Assembly (NCBI GenBank): GCA_021774615.1
Contig: JAJFIW010000036.1
Location: forward strand, 37,318 to 101,317
Direction: 5' to 3'
DNA length: 64,000 nt
From: Alphaproteobacteria bacterium
GTDB taxonomy: Bacteria > Pseudomonadota > Alphaproteobacteria > UBA1280 > UBA6503
Made by a program: the position numbers and the translations under genes
Shown here: positions 15,015 through 23,889 of the stretch, one piece after another
Layout of the letters: every line of letters starts with the position of its first letter
Position numbering within the stretch: position 1 is the stretch's first letter
Notes under the pieces: generated by a model
The model's input: only the letters and a program-made list of their open reading frames with translations
Database searches by the model: none
Told to the model about the DNA's origin: nothing

Positions 15015-16049
15015 TTATTTTCTTAAAGCATTACTACCAAAGTGTGATCTTCCTCGACTATCTATGAACTGCAAGGAACCACTTCCGCTACTCCTAAGTG
15101 TTCCAGAAAAATGCCCAGAGACTTGGGCATTGCCCACAGCGCTCCAACTACCATTGTATGAAACACTGCTTGGGTTTCCTACTGCGTACGAGATAGTACC
15201 TAGTGCAGAGTATCGGTTTACACCCATAACAATGGTGTTTAAACTAGCTCCTGCTGCTGAGGCACTGGCTAATGATATCCAAGAACCTTGGTAGTAGCAG
15301 CCTCTGGTGCTTATGTATGTGTAATAACCACCTCTATAGTAGCAATACCTAGCAGTACCAACAGAGTAGTGCGGTGATGGTGACCCTAAAGTAGAGCAAT
15401 TTGAACTACCCACATTACGACTAGTATCGGTACAGAATGTTTCTGAAATATTTAACCCTCTAACTCTATTAGAAGTACCAGACAATACAGCCTCTATATA
15501 GCTGGTTTTTCCACCATAGGTGAATCTCCAGTTACCATTAACCCAAGAAAATGCAGCCAACGGATCAACCGGTGGCGGTGGTGGAGGTGGTGGAGGCGTT
15601 GGCGTAGGTGTAGGTGTTGGCGTAGGTGTTGGCGTAGGTGTAGGTGTTGGTGTAGGCGACCCACTTCCAAGAGCATTCACCCTAGAAATAAGGTTATTAA
15701 TTTGCGCTTGCATAGCATTAAGCCTGCTATTAATAGTATTAATGTTACCTGTATTGGTAGCAATACCAGTAGTGTTAGTGGCAATGTCAGCAGTATTAGT
15801 AGCAACTTGCGTTTCTAATGTACTAATTCTTGTGTCCAAGGCTGCTTGCCCTGACTGCAAATTAGGTATTGATGTACCGATAATAGTATTTACATTACTA
15901 TCTGTTGCCTGAAGGCCTGCAGCTAAAGACTGCGCTGAAGCTGAGTCTACAGTTTGGACCCCGCTTGCAGACATTGTTTGTGCTTGCGCTTGCGTGCCTG
16001 AAACCAGCATACACAAGCTGAATAAGGTTATAATTTCTATACGCTTCAT
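15015..16049 (-). CDS. Secreted paralog A: signal peptide, N-terminal coiled/repetitive region, (Pro-Thr)n-polyPro linker, Cys/Tyr/Ser/Gly-rich C-terminal domain
   Basis: 344 aa with signal peptide MKRIEIITLFSLCMLVSGTQAQA and the linker GSPTPTPTPTPTPTPTPTPTPPPPPPPPP. The C-terminal domain (AAFSWVNGNWRFTYGG...CYYRGGYYTY...) is clearly homologous to the ORF at 16198-17196. Confidence 0.6.
   Translation of the reverse strand: MKRIEIITLFSLCMLVSGTQAQAQTMSASGVQTVDSASAQSLAAGLQATDSNVNTIIGTSIPNLQSGQAALDTRISTLETQVATNTADIATNTTGIATNTGNINTINSRLNAMQAQINNLISRVNALGSGSPTPTPTPTPTPTPTPTPTPTPPPPPPPPPVDPLAAFSWVNGNWRFTYGGKTSYIEAVLSGTSNRVRGLNISETFCTDTSRNVGSSNCSTLGSPSPHYSVGTARYCYYRGGYYTYISTRGCYYQGSWISLASASAAGASLNTIVMGVNRYSALGTISYAVGNPSSVSYNGSWSAVGNAQVSGHFSGTLRSSGSGSLQFIDSRGRSHFGSNALRK
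15571..15657. repeat. In-frame GGN/hexanucleotide repeat tract (ggcgtaggtgta-type) encoding the poly-Pro and (Thr-Pro)n linker of paralog A
   Basis: Direct reading shows ggtggcggtggtggaggtggtggaggc followed by repeated gttggcgtaggtgtaggt units. Confidence 0.8.
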
Positions 16050-16158
16050 GTGGAGTCCCCCTAAATAACTTTAAATATAGTCCCCGTTACATCTTATATA
16101 CTGCATTAAAAATATTTTACTGACATATGTAAGGATGCCTAACATTGTATTAAAAATA

Positions 16159-16188
16159 AGGAGCTAATAATAAATACATAGCTCCTTA
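16159..16188. terminator. Terminator hairpin (aaggagct...agctcctt) downstream of paralog B
   Basis: 8-bp perfect inverted repeat with a T-tract on the minus-strand reading, located 10 nt past the stop of the 16198-17196 gene. Confidence 0.6.
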
Positions 16189-16197
16189 CCTTGTCTA

Positions 16198-17196
16198 TTA
16201 CTTTCTCATAGATACGTTAAAATAGGGCCTACCACTACCACTTAAGAATTGTAGGCTTCCTGAACCATTTTTATTTAATACACCAGAGAATGGCCCTGAT
16301 GATCTTGCTCCAGAGCCTATAGAGCTCCAAGAACCACTATAAGATACTCTGCCTGTGTTGCTTACAGAGTAAGATATAGATGCAAGAGCAGAATAGCTAG
16401 CGGTTGTAGATTTTATAGTGTTTAGAGTTGCACCATCTGCTTTCGCATCTTTAAGTGATATCCATTTACCTTTGTAAAGGCATCCTTTTGAACTAGAATA
16501 TGCATAATACCCACCTTTATAGTAGCAATTGTGCGAGGCAAGCATTATTGGGGCTGGACTACCCAACTGAGAACATTTTGGTTTTACTACATTACGAGTA
16601 GTATCGCGGCATGCCGTCTCTCTTATAGAAATGGATGACATACGATTTGTAGTACTGTTTAATGCTACATTAAAAGAACCTACAATCCCAGTGTTGCCTG
16701 CATAAGAGAATTTCCATACGCTATTAACCCAAGAGAATGCAGCAGTTGGGTCTGTAGGCTTAGGTGTAGGCGTAGGTGTTGGGGCTGGCGTAGGTGTTGG
16801 TGTTGGAGTTGGAGTAGGCGCAGGTGTAGCACCACCACCTCCTCCACCCCCAGCACCAAGAGCATTTATCTGTGCTTGTAAGCTTACATCTGTATTAGTT
16901 AGGCTTACATCTTTGTTAGTTAAGTTAGTTAAACTTGTGTCATGGCCATCTAGGCGTAATTTAAGAGCATCAATCTGTGCCTGTAGATTGGACTGCCCTG
17001 TTTGTAAATTAGGGATTGATGTACCGATAATAGTGTTTACATTACTATTAGTTGACTGAAGGTCTGCAGCTAAAGACTGTGCGGAAGCTGCATCTAAAGT
17101 TTGTGTGCCACTTGCAGACATAGTTTGTGCTTGCGCTTGCGTGCCTGAAATTACCATACACAAACTAAATAGCGTAATAACTTTAATGCTTTTCAT
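16198..17196 (-). CDS. Secreted paralog B: signal peptide, N-terminal repetitive region, poly-Gly + (Pro-Thr)n linker, Cys/Tyr/Ser/Gly-rich C-terminal domain
   Basis: 332 aa with signal peptide MKSIKVITLFSLCMVISGTQAQA and linker GAGGGGGGGATPAPTPTPTPTPTPAPTPTPTPKPT. The C-terminal domain aligns with paralog A (AAFSWVN..W.F.Y.G; CYYKGGYYAY; LQF..G.GR..F). Confidence 0.6.
   Translation of the reverse strand: MKSIKVITLFSLCMVISGTQAQAQTMSASGTQTLDAASAQSLAADLQSTNSNVNTIIGTSIPNLQTGQSNLQAQIDALKLRLDGHDTSLTNLTNKDVSLTNTDVSLQAQINALGAGGGGGGGATPAPTPTPTPTPTPAPTPTPTPKPTDPTAAFSWVNSVWKFSYAGNTGIVGSFNVALNSTTNRMSSISIRETACRDTTRNVVKPKCSQLGSPAPIMLASHNCYYKGGYYAYSSSKGCLYKGKWISLKDAKADGATLNTIKSTTASYSALASISYSVSNTGRVSYSGSWSSIGSGARSSGPFSGVLNKNGSGSLQFLSGSGRPYFNVSMRK
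16762..16856. repeat. In-frame hexanucleotide/GGN repeat tract encoding the poly-Gly and (Pro-Thr)n linker of paralog B
   Basis: ggtgtaggcgtaggtgttgg... units followed by accaccacctcctccaccccc. Confidence 0.8.
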
Positions 17197-17370
17197 GTCT
17201 AATCCCCTTAAATGTATTTAATCCCCATGCTTGCTTATGTGTTTTACCATAATTTATTTGCTGACATGCTATTAACATAGTATGTCTACTATTTTTAGTT
17301 ATACAAGTATAGTTGTATAATATGTTAACCTTAATTAGGTCTTTATATAAAAAAACAAGGAACTATTTGA

Positions 17371-17655
17371 ATGCGCTTAATTATTGCTTTGTTGCTTCCC
17401 CCACTATTGTTTTTAACGATAGGTCGTATTTTTTCGGCTATCATTTGTGCTGTTCTGCAGTTTACGCTTGTTGGCTGGCCAGTTGCTGCTTTATGGGCTG
17501 TTTATTCGTTAAGCCAATACAATACCGATAAAAAAATTGCTAAAGCTGTCGGCAGTACAGGTGGAGTTAGCTCTGCTGGTGGTGAAATTGCTGATATGAA
17601 GGCCGCACTCCGCTTTGGCTGGAAACGTATAAAAAACTTGCTAGGGCAGGGGTAG
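17371..17655 (+). CDS. YqaE/Pmp3-family small membrane proteolipid with a C-terminal extension
   Basis: The N-terminal 50 aa (LIIALLLPPLLFLTIGR...FTLVGWPVAALWAVY) match the UPF0057/Pmp3 two-helix pattern. The ~40-aa basic C-terminal tail is atypical. Confidence 0.55.
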   Translation: MRLIIALLLPPLLFLTIGRIFSAIICAVLQFTLVGWPVAALWAVYSLSQYNTDKKIAKAVGSTGGVSSAGGEIADMKAALRFGWKRIKNLLGQG

Positions 17656-17665
17656 TTTAATAATT

Positions 17666-17695
17666 AAAAAGCGCAGTTCATACTGCGCTTTTTCT
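17666..17695. terminator. Bidirectional rho-independent terminator (aaaaagcgcagt tcat actgcgcttttt)
   Basis: Perfect 7-bp GC stem flanked by an A5 and a T5 tract, between convergent genes. Confidence 0.75.
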
Positions 17696-17699
17696 TTGG

Positions 17700-18281
17700 C
17701 TATCTGGCTGGCTCTGCTTCCATGCTTTCTTCGATAGAGAGAGTTTCATCCTTTTCAGCTGTTATTCTTTCTTTATACCATGCGAGTGTATCTCCACCTT
17801 TTCCAGGAATTGTACCTGCCTCGCGTAATTCTCCTAGAGCTGCACCTTTAGTGATATTATTAGCTTTTGCATATGTTTCTACTTCAATATCAAGAGCTTG
17901 TTTTGCAATGGCATGTTCGCGGATATTTTCTGCTCGGGCTTGCTTGTCTACTTCTACCTCAGGGTCAACACCAGCAGGAACTGTTCCTGCTCCCACATGC
18001 TGATGGTATTTTGCTATAAATTGAGCCTCTATATATTCTACACTACTAGTCATATTTGATAGTGCAGTAGTGTATATCATACTTTTACCAGCAGGAGCCG
18101 CATCTGATGCCATTTTAGCAGCAGTCTCAGCTTCTTTTCTTACTTCAACTAAAAGTTTTTCATAGAACTTTGCTTGTTGCTCGTTTTCAGCATAAATATA
18201 AGCAGGGCTGTCATTCTTGTCTAAGGCATCTAGGAGCTGTACTGGTATCCCTTGTGGAGTATCATTTTGTTTGTCACTCAT
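17700..18281 (-). CDS. Hypothetical soluble protein (193 aa, acidic, no recognisable domain)
   Basis: Long ORF with good coding character and no signal peptide. Candidate secreted-effector-like protein by composition only. Confidence 0.4.
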   Translation of the reverse strand: MSDKQNDTPQGIPVQLLDALDKNDSPAYIYAENEQQAKFYEKLLVEVRKEAETAAKMASDAAPAGKSMIYTTALSNMTSSVEYIEAQFIAKYHQHVGAGTVPAGVDPEVEVDKQARAENIREHAIAKQALDIEVETYAKANNITKGAALGELREAGTIPGKGGDTLAWYKERITAEKDETLSIEESMEAEPAR

Positions 18282-18390
18282 TGTGTGTGCCTTTTCTATA
18301 ATAGCTTTTATATATAATAATTCGTGGGTATACTTTATTACCTTTTCAAGGGCTTTTGTATATTAAAATTGTTTATTAAGGGAAAATAGT

Positions 18391-19050
18391 ATGTTTACAG
18401 CAATAATAAACACCATAAAAAGCCTGCTTAATAACAAAACTTTAAGGCGCACTATGTGGCTGTGTTTATTGCTAACTATTGTGTGTGCAATAGCTTTTAT
18501 TGGTCTTGTTATTACTATATTAAGCACAACTAATATTTTTGATCTTGCTTGGCTTGAAACAATAGCCGATTTGCTGGGTGGTGCTGGTAGCTTTGTTGTT
18601 GCATGGTTTTTGTTGCCAATATTTATGCCGCTTATTGCAGGCTTGATGGAAGACAATATTATAAAAGCGGCTTATGGGGCAAAGCAAGACCCTGTACAGC
18701 AGAAACAATCTTTTCTACAAAATATGGCAGAAGATGCTCGGTTTATGGGAGTAGCTATTTTATTGAATATATTGGTATTACCACTATATTTTGTGCCAAT
18801 AGTTAATATTTTTATATATTACCTGCTGAATGGTTATTTGTTGGGTAGAGAGTTTTTTACCAATGTTGCAGGTTGGCACTTAGGCAAAAAGCCAGCACGG
18901 TTGCTTTTTAAAGAATACAAATTATCTGTATTTGGAGGTGGGGTATTATTGGCTTTTATTGCAACAGTACCGGGGGTGTCATTCTTTGCACCATTTATTG
19001 CTATTGTGATGATGGTGCATTTTTTCCATAAAATAAACCCCCATAAGTAA
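18391..19050 (+). CDS. Polytopic membrane protein, possibly EI24/CysZ-like family
   Basis: 219 aa with 4-5 predicted TM helices and an architecture loosely resembling CysZ/EI24 (DUF540). The assignment is weak. Confidence 0.35.
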   Translation: MFTAIINTIKSLLNNKTLRRTMWLCLLLTIVCAIAFIGLVITILSTTNIFDLAWLETIADLLGGAGSFVVAWFLLPIFMPLIAGLMEDNIIKAAYGAKQDPVQQKQSFLQNMAEDARFMGVAILLNILVLPLYFVPIVNIFIYYLLNGYLLGREFFTNVAGWHLGKKPARLLFKEYKLSVFGGGVLLAFIATVPGVSFFAPFIAIVMMVHFFHKINPHK

Positions 19051-19278
19051 AAGCCCTCGTACGAAGAATTTTGCTTATGGGGATAGATCATTACATACTA
19101 AGTTTAACGCTCTAAGCTTGTATCACTAATGCCTTGGGTTGTTTTGTTAGTTCCTTCTAAGTCTGGCGTGCGTGATACTTCTTTACCAGAAAATTTGTTA
19201 AGATCAGCAGGGTTTATTTTAGCTAAGTCTATTTGTCGTGCTTCTCCAACGGTTATATATTGCATATATTATTTCCCC

Positions 19279-19599
19279 TTATACTTGTTCTTGTCGCATT
19301 TTATTCCATAGCACTAATGGTGATGATTTCTCTAGTTCTGAGTTATCTACCAAAACTGCTACGTTTAGGTCTACTAGGCGAGGGTCAAAATTATTTTCTT
19401 GGACTGCTTTAATTTCATTGCCTTTAAAAATCAAGCTGCGTCCAGAAGTATAATTATGTACAACGGTTAAGGTTGTCTCTGGATCGTAGGAAATGCGTGT
19501 TACGATGCCCTCATTCTCAACAACATAGTGTCTAATACGAGATACACTAATCACCAGCTTGTCTTTTTCTTGCTCTGTGTGTGCTAAGTGTTCACTCAT
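19279..19599 (-). CDS. Hypothetical protein (106 aa)
   Basis: ORF only. Mixed charge, no motif recognised. Confidence 0.3.
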   Translation of the reverse strand: MSEHLAHTEQEKDKLVISVSRIRHYVVENEGIVTRISYDPETTLTVVHNYTSGRSLIFKGNEIKAVQENNFDPRLVDLNVAVLVDNSELEKSSPLVLWNKMRQEQV

Positions 19600-19736
19600 T
19601 ATCAGTCATCTTTCTATGATTGCCCTTATAAGTTTGGTATGGGGGTTTGTATAGTTAGTTACAACCCTGCCTTTAAAATAAAAATGACATAAACTACAAA
19701 TTTTGTTTAAAAGTGTCAGTTTTATGCAAAGTTTAG

Positions 19737-20588
19737 CTACTTTTGTATCATATGGACTGTCCTATGTGGGAATGGGATATCAATTCCTGCTTTATCCATA
19801 CCTTCTTTGAGGCGTTGGTTTAGCTCGAAATTTGTGTCCCAATAGTCGTCTTTTTTAGTCCAACAGCGGATGGTTAGGTCTACGCTGCTTTCCCCAAGGC
19901 CTTTAACTGCAATGAAAGGTGCAGGGTCTGCTAGCACTCTGGTATCTTTCTTTAAAACACTCTCGGCAGCTTTAATTGCTTTGTCTATGTTGTCGCTATA
20001 GCTGATACCGATAATAATTTCAATCCGTCTGATTGGGTTAGCGGAATAGTTTTTCATTGCTTGGTCCCATACCTTACCGTTAGGGATAAGAATTTGTACG
20101 TTATCTGGCATGGCTAGCTCGGTCATGAATAAAGATAACCTAACTACGGTGCCCGAGTGCCCTGCAACCTCAATATAGTCACCCACATGAAAGGGGCGGA
20201 AGATAAGTAGTAAAACACCACTAGCAAGGTGGCTAAGTGTCCCCTGTAGGGATAAACCAATAGCAAGGCCAGCTGCACCTAAGACTGCAATTAAACTTGC
20301 TGTTTGTATGCCAAACTGGTTAAGAACTGCAATAACCGTGAAAACAATAATTGCGTAACGGGCCAAACTTGCAAAAAAGTGGCTAAGGGTTTTGTCTATC
20401 TTATCTGTTTTTAGGAATAAAGTTTCTACGTAATGGCTAGCACGACTAGCAATAGACCAGCCGATAATAAGGATAATAATGGCACCAATCATCCGTAAGC
20501 CATATACAGTTGTTAGCTCTATAATTTGGTGTATGTATTTCTCAGTGCTTTCGATAGGTAGTTTGTTTAGCAGTTCATTCTCTAGCAT
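19737..20588 (-). CDS. Small-conductance mechanosensitive channel (MscS family)
   Basis: Three N-terminal TM helices followed by an MscS beta-domain (GDYIEVAGHSGTVVRLSLFMTEL...PNGKV..) and a C-terminal IPFPHRTVH. Confidence 0.8.
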   Translation of the reverse strand: MLENELLNKLPIESTEKYIHQIIELTTVYGLRMIGAIIILIIGWSIASRASHYVETLFLKTDKIDKTLSHFFASLARYAIIVFTVIAVLNQFGIQTASLIAVLGAAGLAIGLSLQGTLSHLASGVLLLIFRPFHVGDYIEVAGHSGTVVRLSLFMTELAMPDNVQILIPNGKVWDQAMKNYSANPIRRIEIIIGISYSDNIDKAIKAAESVLKKDTRVLADPAPFIAVKGLGESSVDLTIRCWTKKDDYWDTNFELNQRLKEGMDKAGIDIPFPHRTVHMIQK

Positions 20589-20606
20589 GGTTGTATTCCT
20601 TTTCTA

Positions 20607-21971
20607 TTAGCCTAATAAAACAAATTCTTCAGCGCTTGTTGGGTGTAGAGGGATTGTATCTTGCATTTGTTGTATGGTTATACCAGCCTTAACTGCGACA
20701 GCTATAAACTGGATCATCTCTGGTGCGTCACGCCCCATAAGGTGTGCACCTAATAGTTTATTAGTGTTTTTATCATAGACTGCTTTCATAAGCATCTTTT
20801 CATCACGCTGGGGGAGAACATTTATCATTGGTCTGAATACGGCCTTATAAGCAGCAATATTTTCAGCCCCTAGTTTTTCTATTGCTTGTTCTTCTGTAAG
20901 CCCAACTGTGCCAAGTGGGGGGATAGAGAATACAGCGGTTCCAATATCCGCATCATTTATCGTGCGTTTTGTGCCAGCAAATAGGTTATCTGTAACAATC
21001 CGACCGTCACGTATGGCAACAGGGGTTAGGTTTACTCTATTGGTTAAGTCGCCCACAGCAAAGATATGGTCGTGCTTACCTTTTGCATGGAGGGCTTCGT
21101 CTATAATAACAGCGCCAGCTTTATCTAACTCTATGCCAGCTTCCTCAAGCCCAAGGTTTTGCGAGTTGGGGCGGCGGCCTGTAGCAAATAGTACTTCGTC
21201 TACAATAAGTTCTTCACCATTATCTAAAGAAACCTTTTTTCTTCCTTGGCGCTGTTCGATCTTTTCCACATTACAAATACTATGGAAGTTAACCCCACGT
21301 TTCTGCATTTCATTGGTTAAATTACTGCGAATATCCTCATCAAAACCATTTAACATGGTTTGCCGGCGTACAACTAAATGTACTTCACTGCCTAGAGCAT
21401 TAAATATAGATGCAAACTCTACCCCTATATACCCACCACCAATAACAGCAATAGCTTTAGGTAGCGCCTCTAGGTCAAAAACTCCATCAGAAGTAAATGC
21501 CAGTTCGTTACCTTGTATAGGAGGCATAGTAGGGGTTCCTCCTGTTGCTAATACAATGTAACGCCCTGTGATAGTTTTTGTACTGCCGTCAATAGCGTCA
21601 ATTGCAACGGTGTGTGGGTCAGTAGTTAAACGACCACGGCCTTTAAATAGAGAGACACCAAGTTCTTCTATTTTGCTTTGGTGCATGCCTTCAAGGCGAG
21701 AGACTTCGTCGTTACGTTTAGTCGCAAGGGCTTTATAGTTAAAAGAGCTTGTTACATTAAACCCATAACCCACAGCATCTTTTATGGTGTCGGCAGTGCT
21801 AGCCGCATAAGACATAATCTTTTTAGGGACGCACCCTCTAATAACACAAGTGCCGCCAACGCGGTCGTCTTCAATTAGTGCTACTTTTGCACCAAGAGGA
21901 GCCGCACGCTTTGCGCTAGCCATTCCGCCCGAGCCCGCGCCTATAACAACTAAATCGTAATCAAATTCCAT
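20607..21971 (-). CDS. gor: Glutathione-disulfide reductase (pyridine nucleotide-disulfide oxidoreductase class I)
   Basis: FAD fingerprint DLVVIGAGSGG and redox-active disulfide GGTCVIRGCVPKK. The second Rossmann motif is IAVIGGGYIGVE, and the C-terminal dimerisation-domain His (TIPLHPTSAEE) is present. Confidence 0.85.
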   Translation of the reverse strand: MEFDYDLVVIGAGSGGMASAKRAAPLGAKVALIEDDRVGGTCVIRGCVPKKIMSYAASTADTIKDAVGYGFNVTSSFNYKALATKRNDEVSRLEGMHQSKIEELGVSLFKGRGRLTTDPHTVAIDAIDGSTKTITGRYIVLATGGTPTMPPIQGNELAFTSDGVFDLEALPKAIAVIGGGYIGVEFASIFNALGSEVHLVVRRQTMLNGFDEDIRSNLTNEMQKRGVNFHSICNVEKIEQRQGRKKVSLDNGEELIVDEVLFATGRRPNSQNLGLEEAGIELDKAGAVIIDEALHAKGKHDHIFAVGDLTNRVNLTPVAIRDGRIVTDNLFAGTKRTINDADIGTAVFSIPPLGTVGLTEEQAIEKLGAENIAAYKAVFRPMINVLPQRDEKMLMKAVYDKNTNKLLGAHLMGRDAPEMIQFIAVAVKAGITIQQMQDTIPLHPTSAEEFVLLG

Positions 21972-22107
21972 AATAAAAACCTGTTTAATTGAAGAGTTCT
22001 TTATAACATATATTAAAACATGGAAAACTAATAAAGACTATACTTGCTAAAAAGTAGCAAATACTTTAAAAAATGATGTTTGTATCTATTTTTTAGTAAG
22101 GATAAAT

Positions 22108-23889
22108 TTGTTTATGAATGTATTAAACACACCTACACCCACAACATCAAGTAACCTGCCACCACGGCTGGCCGATTTTAAAACCTTGGCCGAAGCTATG
22201 GACTATGCAGCACAAGGGGATACAGGCTTTAACTTTTACGATGTCCGTGGGAACTTAATAGATATACTTCCGTATAAAGAAATTCGTACTAAAGCGCAAC
22301 AACAAGCACAGCAACTTTTAGGGCTTGGGTTAAAGCGTGGCGACAGAGTAGGGATAGTTGCCGACATGGAACCTTATTTCCTAACAACTTTCTTTGCTTG
22401 TCAATATGCAGGGTTAATGGCTGTGCCTTTACCAGTTATTACAGGCCTTGGCGGCAGGCACGGCTACGAGCAACAACTAGAAAAAGTACTAACCACTTCA
22501 GAAGCAAAAGTTGCCATTGGGCCAGAAGATTTACAAAGCCACCTGTCTGAAGCTACCAAAAGTATGGAGATTAAACTTCTAACTCCAGAAATGCTAGACA
22601 CTCTAGCTATAGCAGATATAGCCCTTGCACCATTGCAAGCAGATGAAGAAAGCCATATTCAGTTTTCATCGGGCAGTACACGCCACCCTAAAGGGATTAT
22701 AATCAGTCAAAGCGCAATGCTTAATAATGCACACATGATAATGGTAGACGCCCTTAAAGGTAACGAATTTGGCTGTGTGGAGCGGGTGGCATCATGGTTG
22801 CCATTTTACCACGATATGGGGCTTATTGGCTGTATGCTAACCCCAATTTGCTGCCAATTCTCGGTAGATTTATTACATACCGACTCTTTTGCACGCCAAC
22901 CACTGCAATGGCTAAAACTAATTGCTCGCAACAAAGCTACAATATCGTTTGGCCCAACTTTTGGTTACGAAATTTGTGCACGCCGTGCTTCACGCCTTAA
23001 AGACGATACCCTTGACCTTTCCTCGTGGCGGGTGGCAGGCATTGGCGGCGAGATGGTACATGCACAACCTCTTTCCGACTTTGCTAGAGCATTTGCTCCA
23101 TATGGCTTTAAAAGCAGTGCCTTTACCCCTAGCTATGGTTTGGCAGAAGCTACCTTAGCTATTTCGTTTTCAGATGTAGACAAAGACGTTATGACCGATG
23201 CTGTAGACAAAAACTCACTATTAGCAGGTGATGCAATCCCTACTACTGAAGACAGCAGTGTAGACTCTGCCGAAACTAGAGTGCTAGTATCATGTGGAAC
23301 TCCTCTAAAAGGCTATAAGGTAGAGATTAGAGCTGAAGATGAAAGTATTTTACCCGAGCGTAAAGTAGGCCGAGTATGTGCCTCGACCCCAAGCTTGATG
23401 ACAGGCTACTTCCACGATGCAGAAGCCACCGCAGAAAGCATGCTCCCCGATGGTTGGTTGGACACAGGCGACATGGGCTATATGGTCGATGGGCAACTAG
23501 TGCTTACTGGCCGCAAAAAAGATATGATCATAATTAACGGGCGTAATATTTGGCCCCAAGACATGGAATGGCACGCCGAACAAAACATAGACATTCTACG
23601 TAGCCGCGACACAGCAGCCTTTGCGGTAGAAACAGAAACTGGTAAAGAAGAACCAGTAATGCTAGTGCAAACACGCACAATGGATGCAGACAAACAATCC
23701 CAGCTTGCAAAAGATGTGCATGCCGCAGTTATTAAAAATACAGGTGTTGACTGCCGAGTAGTCCTTGTGCCACAACGTAGCTTGCCTTATACTACTTCAG
23801 GCAAGTTAAGCCGAGCAAAAGCAAAAAAAGCCTACCTCGAAGGCACCATTAAACCCTTACAAATTGCTGGAGAAGAGTCAGCAGCATGA
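22108..23889 (+). CDS. Fatty acyl-AMP ligase / acyl-ACP synthetase (AMP-dependent synthetase family)
   Basis: 593 aa with adenylation motifs (SSGSTRHPKGIIIS; GYGLAE; DTGDMGY). It sits at the head of an ACP/Spt cluster. Confidence 0.8.
   Translation: MFMNVLNTPTPTTSSNLPPRLADFKTLAEAMDYAAQGDTGFNFYDVRGNLIDILPYKEIRTKAQQQAQQLLGLGLKRGDRVGIVADMEPYFLTTFFACQYAGLMAVPLPVITGLGGRHGYEQQLEKVLTTSEAKVAIGPEDLQSHLSEATKSMEIKLLTPEMLDTLAIADIALAPLQADEESHIQFSSGSTRHPKGIIISQSAMLNNAHMIMVDALKGNEFGCVERVASWLPFYHDMGLIGCMLTPICCQFSVDLLHTDSFARQPLQWLKLIARNKATISFGPTFGYEICARRASRLKDDTLDLSSWRVAGIGGEMVHAQPLSDFARAFAPYGFKSSAFTPSYGLAEATLAISFSDVDKDVMTDAVDKNSLLAGDAIPTTEDSSVDSAETRVLVSCGTPLKGYKVEIRAEDESILPERKVGRVCASTPSLMTGYFHDAEATAESMLPDGWLDTGDMGYMVDGQLVLTGRKKDMIIINGRNIWPQDMEWHAEQNIDILRSRDTAAFAVETETGKEEPVMLVQTRTMDADKQSQLAKDVHAAVIKNTGVDCRVVLVPQRSLPYTTSGKLSRAKAKKAYLEGTIKPLQIAGEESAA

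Noticed and set aside
15520-15912. 130-aa plus-strand ORF encoding a GGGGGGGGVGVGVGVGVGV... polypeptide
   Set aside because: It is the reverse-complement reading of the (Pro-Thr)n/poly-Pro linker region of the minus-strand secreted paralog. It lies entirely inside that gene and is a low-complexity artefact.
15571-16856. Possible CRISPR-like array suggested by short direct repeats
   Set aside because: The repeats are 6-nt coding microsatellites inside two protein-coding genes, with no spacer structure. No cas genes are present anywhere in the window.
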